Source: Phoronis australis (Eukaryota; Animalia; Phoronida). From it: 64,000 bases of DNA. Shown here piece after piece: positions 60,401 to 64,000 of the stretch. Location of the stretch: the NCBI GenBank assembly GCA_002633005.1, contig NMRA01000207.1, positions 333,470-397,469 on the forward strand. Direction: 5' to 3'. Numbering within the stretch: position 1 is the first letter of the stretch; each line of letters starts with the position of its first letter. Position numbers and translations under genes: made by a program. A model generated the notes under the pieces. That model was not told the DNA's origin. It saw only the letters and a list, made by a program, of their open reading frames with translations, and did not search any database.

Positions 60401-63400
60401 CGAACTCAAGCCAATTGCCAGTATGAAGTTTTAGGATCTTCACCATGAGAGCATGGACCCGTTCATACCAAAAGCGACAGCCGGTGCGCCGGGCTACAAC
60501 CCAACTGTCGTCATTCTACAAGATTCGGCGAGCTGCATAGAGAAACAAAGAACATTTGCAAGAACCGCGATGGGTTGTGCTTTAATAAAAAGAATTTTAT
60601 GTTAGTGGCCGCGCGGTCACTTTTCGTATTGAAGGGCCCATGTAGGTGATTTGCATGTATGTGTACATTATATTGTATAGTAGCTTACCGCTCTTAACGC
60701 TGGATTGAGGTTTAGTAGTATCATTTCTTCTCTGAATATACTACCTTGGAAACGGTGGTCAAGGTAGTCCAAGATCTTCTTTCTCATTTCTTTTGGAAGA
60801 TGTTTTGCGTCCATGAAATCCTCTACTTCGTTTAGCTATTGAAATACACGCATACTTCTAAGAAAAACCGTCTTGTGTGTGATATAAAGAAACATTGTCA
60901 TTTCAACAAGCAAATTTGTTTGCAGAACTTTAATGTTTTTGATGGAAATTGAGAATACCTCAATGTTGTCTCTGAATCAATTTTTTGTTTTTTCCACCTG
61001 ATGTTGCTGTAACTTGATCCAAAATGGACAGTATTGCAAATGCAGGTAATGGAAAGTCACGACCTATGATGGTGTTACAATTGTGTGTTATTATATCAAA
61101 CGAATACAGCTCTTCCGTTTACCACTAGTTGTCGCCATTTCGTCTTTTCTTTGACCGAGACAGCAAGGTGGAAGATGTTTAAACGCCTCAGTAGTAATGT
61201 TACGGTTTTTGATTGAAATGAGTGATAAAAACTTGTAGACCCTTTTGAATGTAGAGTTGGGTCCCAGTGCTTTCATTTCAAAATCATTAATGACACGATT
61301 GTGTCGCGCTTCTCGGTCCAAAAAAGTCACTGAGTTTAATGCCATTTTAAATATAGTGACTACAGAACTCGTTCTTACTTTCTCTTGATATCTACGTTTA
61401 CCAGACTCCGAGAGATGTTGATAGGTCGTCACTAGTCGGGCTATGATCAATGTGTAACATAAGCCTCCTATCATGGTACTTATTGTCACCATGACGATGT
61501 CCGTCTGACCCTGGGGGGTGTAGCGTCCGTATCCAATACACATCATGTGGGACATGGTGCGGAAAAAACTGTATTCATAGACTTCCGATGTGGTCGCATG
61601 CTGGAATGAAGAACTGTAGCGTTGGAATCGCAGCCACGACAAACCAGTGACGGGGCCACCACAAAACAGTTGACATTATGGGAGTGGCGCTGCAGCGACC
61701 TGCGTGGTTTGGATTTGAATCTACATGGCGGATACTGACCCGCCTTCCGTCAAAATGTGACTCTTGATAGACCAGGAACTATTATAAGGATGGTCCCAAC
61801 TTTTCTCTTAGTTACAATAAAAACGATATCTGGCTTCTGAAGAACTGACACTTCGTTTTTACTTGAGCTCATACTTGGCGCATAACTTACCCGCCACTGA
61901 CGTCAGGCCAGGAAATGAAGCAATGAACCCGTGCCATTTGTTTAAAAAAACAAATTTGATGTCAACCTCCTATTGTTATACAGTTTGTCTCACCGTGCTT
62001 CTTGCTTGCGAATAATTGATATATTGCTTTCTTCCTCAAACAATTGGGACATACGTTGCTTGTCACGGCGGGTTAGGTCGCCAAAGCAGCACGACCATCA
62101 AGCAATTTGCGTTTTGTTGAAATCGGTTTGAAAGTATAAAAACGTCATTGCGTTACTTTGGTAGAATTTGTTTGATAGCGGATTTTCACTGCCAAGGAAC
62201 CCCTATCAGAAGACTACCTTACAATCGGTATCGATAGTGAGGTGGTTGGGCTCATTCAAGAACAGTTGGGGCGTGACTGTCGTGGACAATCAGGCCGAAC
62301 ACGTCGTGTTTAGCAAACCGCAATATTGTTCTCATCTAGCCTGTCTGTAAGCGATGTCGGAAAACAACACAACAGCCGCTTGACGTTAGACTGTATCGTC
62401 AGTTTCGGTACTAGCGCAAGAACTCGGTTAAGAAAAAATGTCTACAAATGAAAAATCTTCCCATAGTTACAAGAATGACAAGTTCACTTGAGTAGTACTG
62501 CCAATGCATTGAAACCACGGGTTATAAAACACCTGGACTTAGGCGATTTTGTTCATGGTTTATGGTAATTACAGAGATATGTTAACTCTATAGTCCCGAT
62601 TTCTCCCTCATTAGCATCCGTGGTCAGGAAGCCATAACGATCTGTCTGTTCCTCTCAAACCCAGAATTTTTTCGTAGATAAGCCCATGGGCGTGTATTCG
62701 GAAAAAAATTTCAGGCGGGGTTTTAGGAACGCCAAATAAACGCCCGGGCGTTTATTCGGGAAAGGGAGCGTACCAGTAAACGGAAAACCATAGTTTTGCT
62801 TGACTTGACACACTTTTACTTAAAATTACGTTTTAATTTTTTTGTTGATAAATGCATAGTTCGCCAACGCCTCGTTCCTTTTTATAAATGATAAATGCTC
62901 CACAAAACGGAACTTGTGACAAAAATTTGACGCTGAGTGGACTTTAAGAGTAAAATTTCCAAACCACGTGACGCTGTCTTGACACCTGACACCACAAGTT
63001 GTAACACCAAATAAACGCCCATGAGCGTTTCATCGGGTTGGCTTTTCTTCGGAAAACCCCGGTAGTCTATGTAAAGAACAAAGTGAGATTAGTGATTTGA
63101 ATCATAAGTTGTTTTGCACAGGAGGAGTGTTTGTCACAGCGTTAACCCTAGCTGTAGCTTGACAAGAATATTACGGTAAAAGCTCCCGACATTCGAACCC
63201 ACGTGTGAATACCCGACAAGTAATTTAAATGGAAATCTGATTTTTGAAAATGGAACGTTCCTAAATTCTACGTTTCTTCCGTGCGTGGGTACAAGTGATG
63301 CTTACCTCAAGACTGTTAAGTTTGACCCAAGAGTCTGACGGGAAGTCTTCCAACCTAGCCACGAGGAAGTGAAAGCATGCTAACCAGTGCAAAACAATGA

Positions 63401-63455
63401 AGATGACGCAGAACACGTTAAAGAGCGGCATAAACCATCCTGTGAATCCCAGAAC
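54435..63455 (-). CDS. HCN: HCN-type cyclic-nucleotide-gated channel, 3' part (S5 to C-terminus); more 5' exons presumably lie beyond the window
   Basis: Nine exons join in phase: 63455-63306, 61600-61379, 60835-60689, 59857-59710, 59324-59229, 58913-58637, 58094-57939, 57129-56845, 55122-54435. Motifs HWLACFHFLV and FPSDSWV (S5), MSHMMCIGYGR (HCN filter), RRYQEK and C-linker, EVYQPGDII, GSYFGEVCL..RR (CNBD). Confidence 0.9.
57494..57924. mobile_element. MITE in HCN intron (same family as 17627-18018)
   Basis: CCGGGTTCCATGAAACAGTCCCAAATAGGGA / TCCCTATTTGGGACTGTTTCATGCAACCGG inverted ends. Confidence 0.75.
60241..60385. mobile_element. Short TIR element; second degenerate copy at ~58291-58430
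   Basis: GTAGAGTTCAG ... CTGAACTCTAC ends; interior GAGAGCACGTGATTTTG shared with the 58.3-kb copy. Confidence 0.6.
62678..63065. repeat. Degenerate element with repeated AATAAACGCCC(AT)GGGCGTTTATT palindromes
   Basis: Three palindromic copies near 62683, 62736 and 63010. Confidence 0.45.
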
Positions 63456-64000
63456 CTGAAACAATTACTGTAGTAGCTGACATGTAGGCCTATACCTCTG
63501 TGAGGATTTTTTTCAACACATATAATATCCACGGCACTTGGGTCAGGGTTGCTGTCTCAAACAACGGTTGTTCCCATTTCTGTGCAGTCAGTTCTACAGC
63601 CAAAGGCCGCTGCACATTGAAATGCTTCACTTTTTGGATTGATTAGAATTGCCATTTGCTTCTACTTGAATCGTAACAAAACGAGATGCCCAATTGGGAA
63701 TTATGCTTCTAGCTAGAGGATAAGTCAGAGTGAATCCAGAAACAAGATGCAGACCCTTTGCCTGGCCGTCACTTCCGATTGTTCCGTGGAAGCTAATTAA
63801 GTAAAAGCCATGGCAACAGTAATTAACACGGAAACTTTTTTCCCATGGTAACCATGGATCTGTATATTTAAACGTAACATTAAAAGCGGTTTCTTTCCTC
63901 TTTACATGACCTCTGTGCTACACACACAAGTGTTGGTGATTAAAACCCTTGCCACCCCTTGGTGGATAAGGCCTCTGTGACCGAACGCCATTGAATCCTA

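Overview
Eukaryotic (metazoan) genomic DNA, AT-rich with GT-AG introns. The repeat and gene content suggest a marine invertebrate deuterostome such as an echinoderm (inference only). The first ~24 kb has no gene I can support: it holds mostly inverted-repeat elements, microsatellites and promoter-like motifs. After that come: (1) a 7-copy tandem tRNA-Val array (~176-bp period; one TAC copy then six CAC copies that decay along the array); (2) four closely spaced, same-strand ORFs with uninterrupted coding regions (29.0-34.0 kb) encoding an unrecognised family of signal peptide + furin site + single TM + Cys-rich + tail proteins, with CRE motifs at similar distances upstream; (3) an ABHD8 orthologue (minus strand, 4 coding exons) head-to-head with MRPL34 (plus strand, 2 exons), the same pairing as in human; (4) the last nine coding exons of a divergent HCN-type channel (CIGYG filter, C-linker, CNBD) on the minus strand. 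Five non-autonomous DNA elements carry clean 5-bp target-site duplications. All exon calls were read by eye and checked for splice-phase continuity. No database searches were run.
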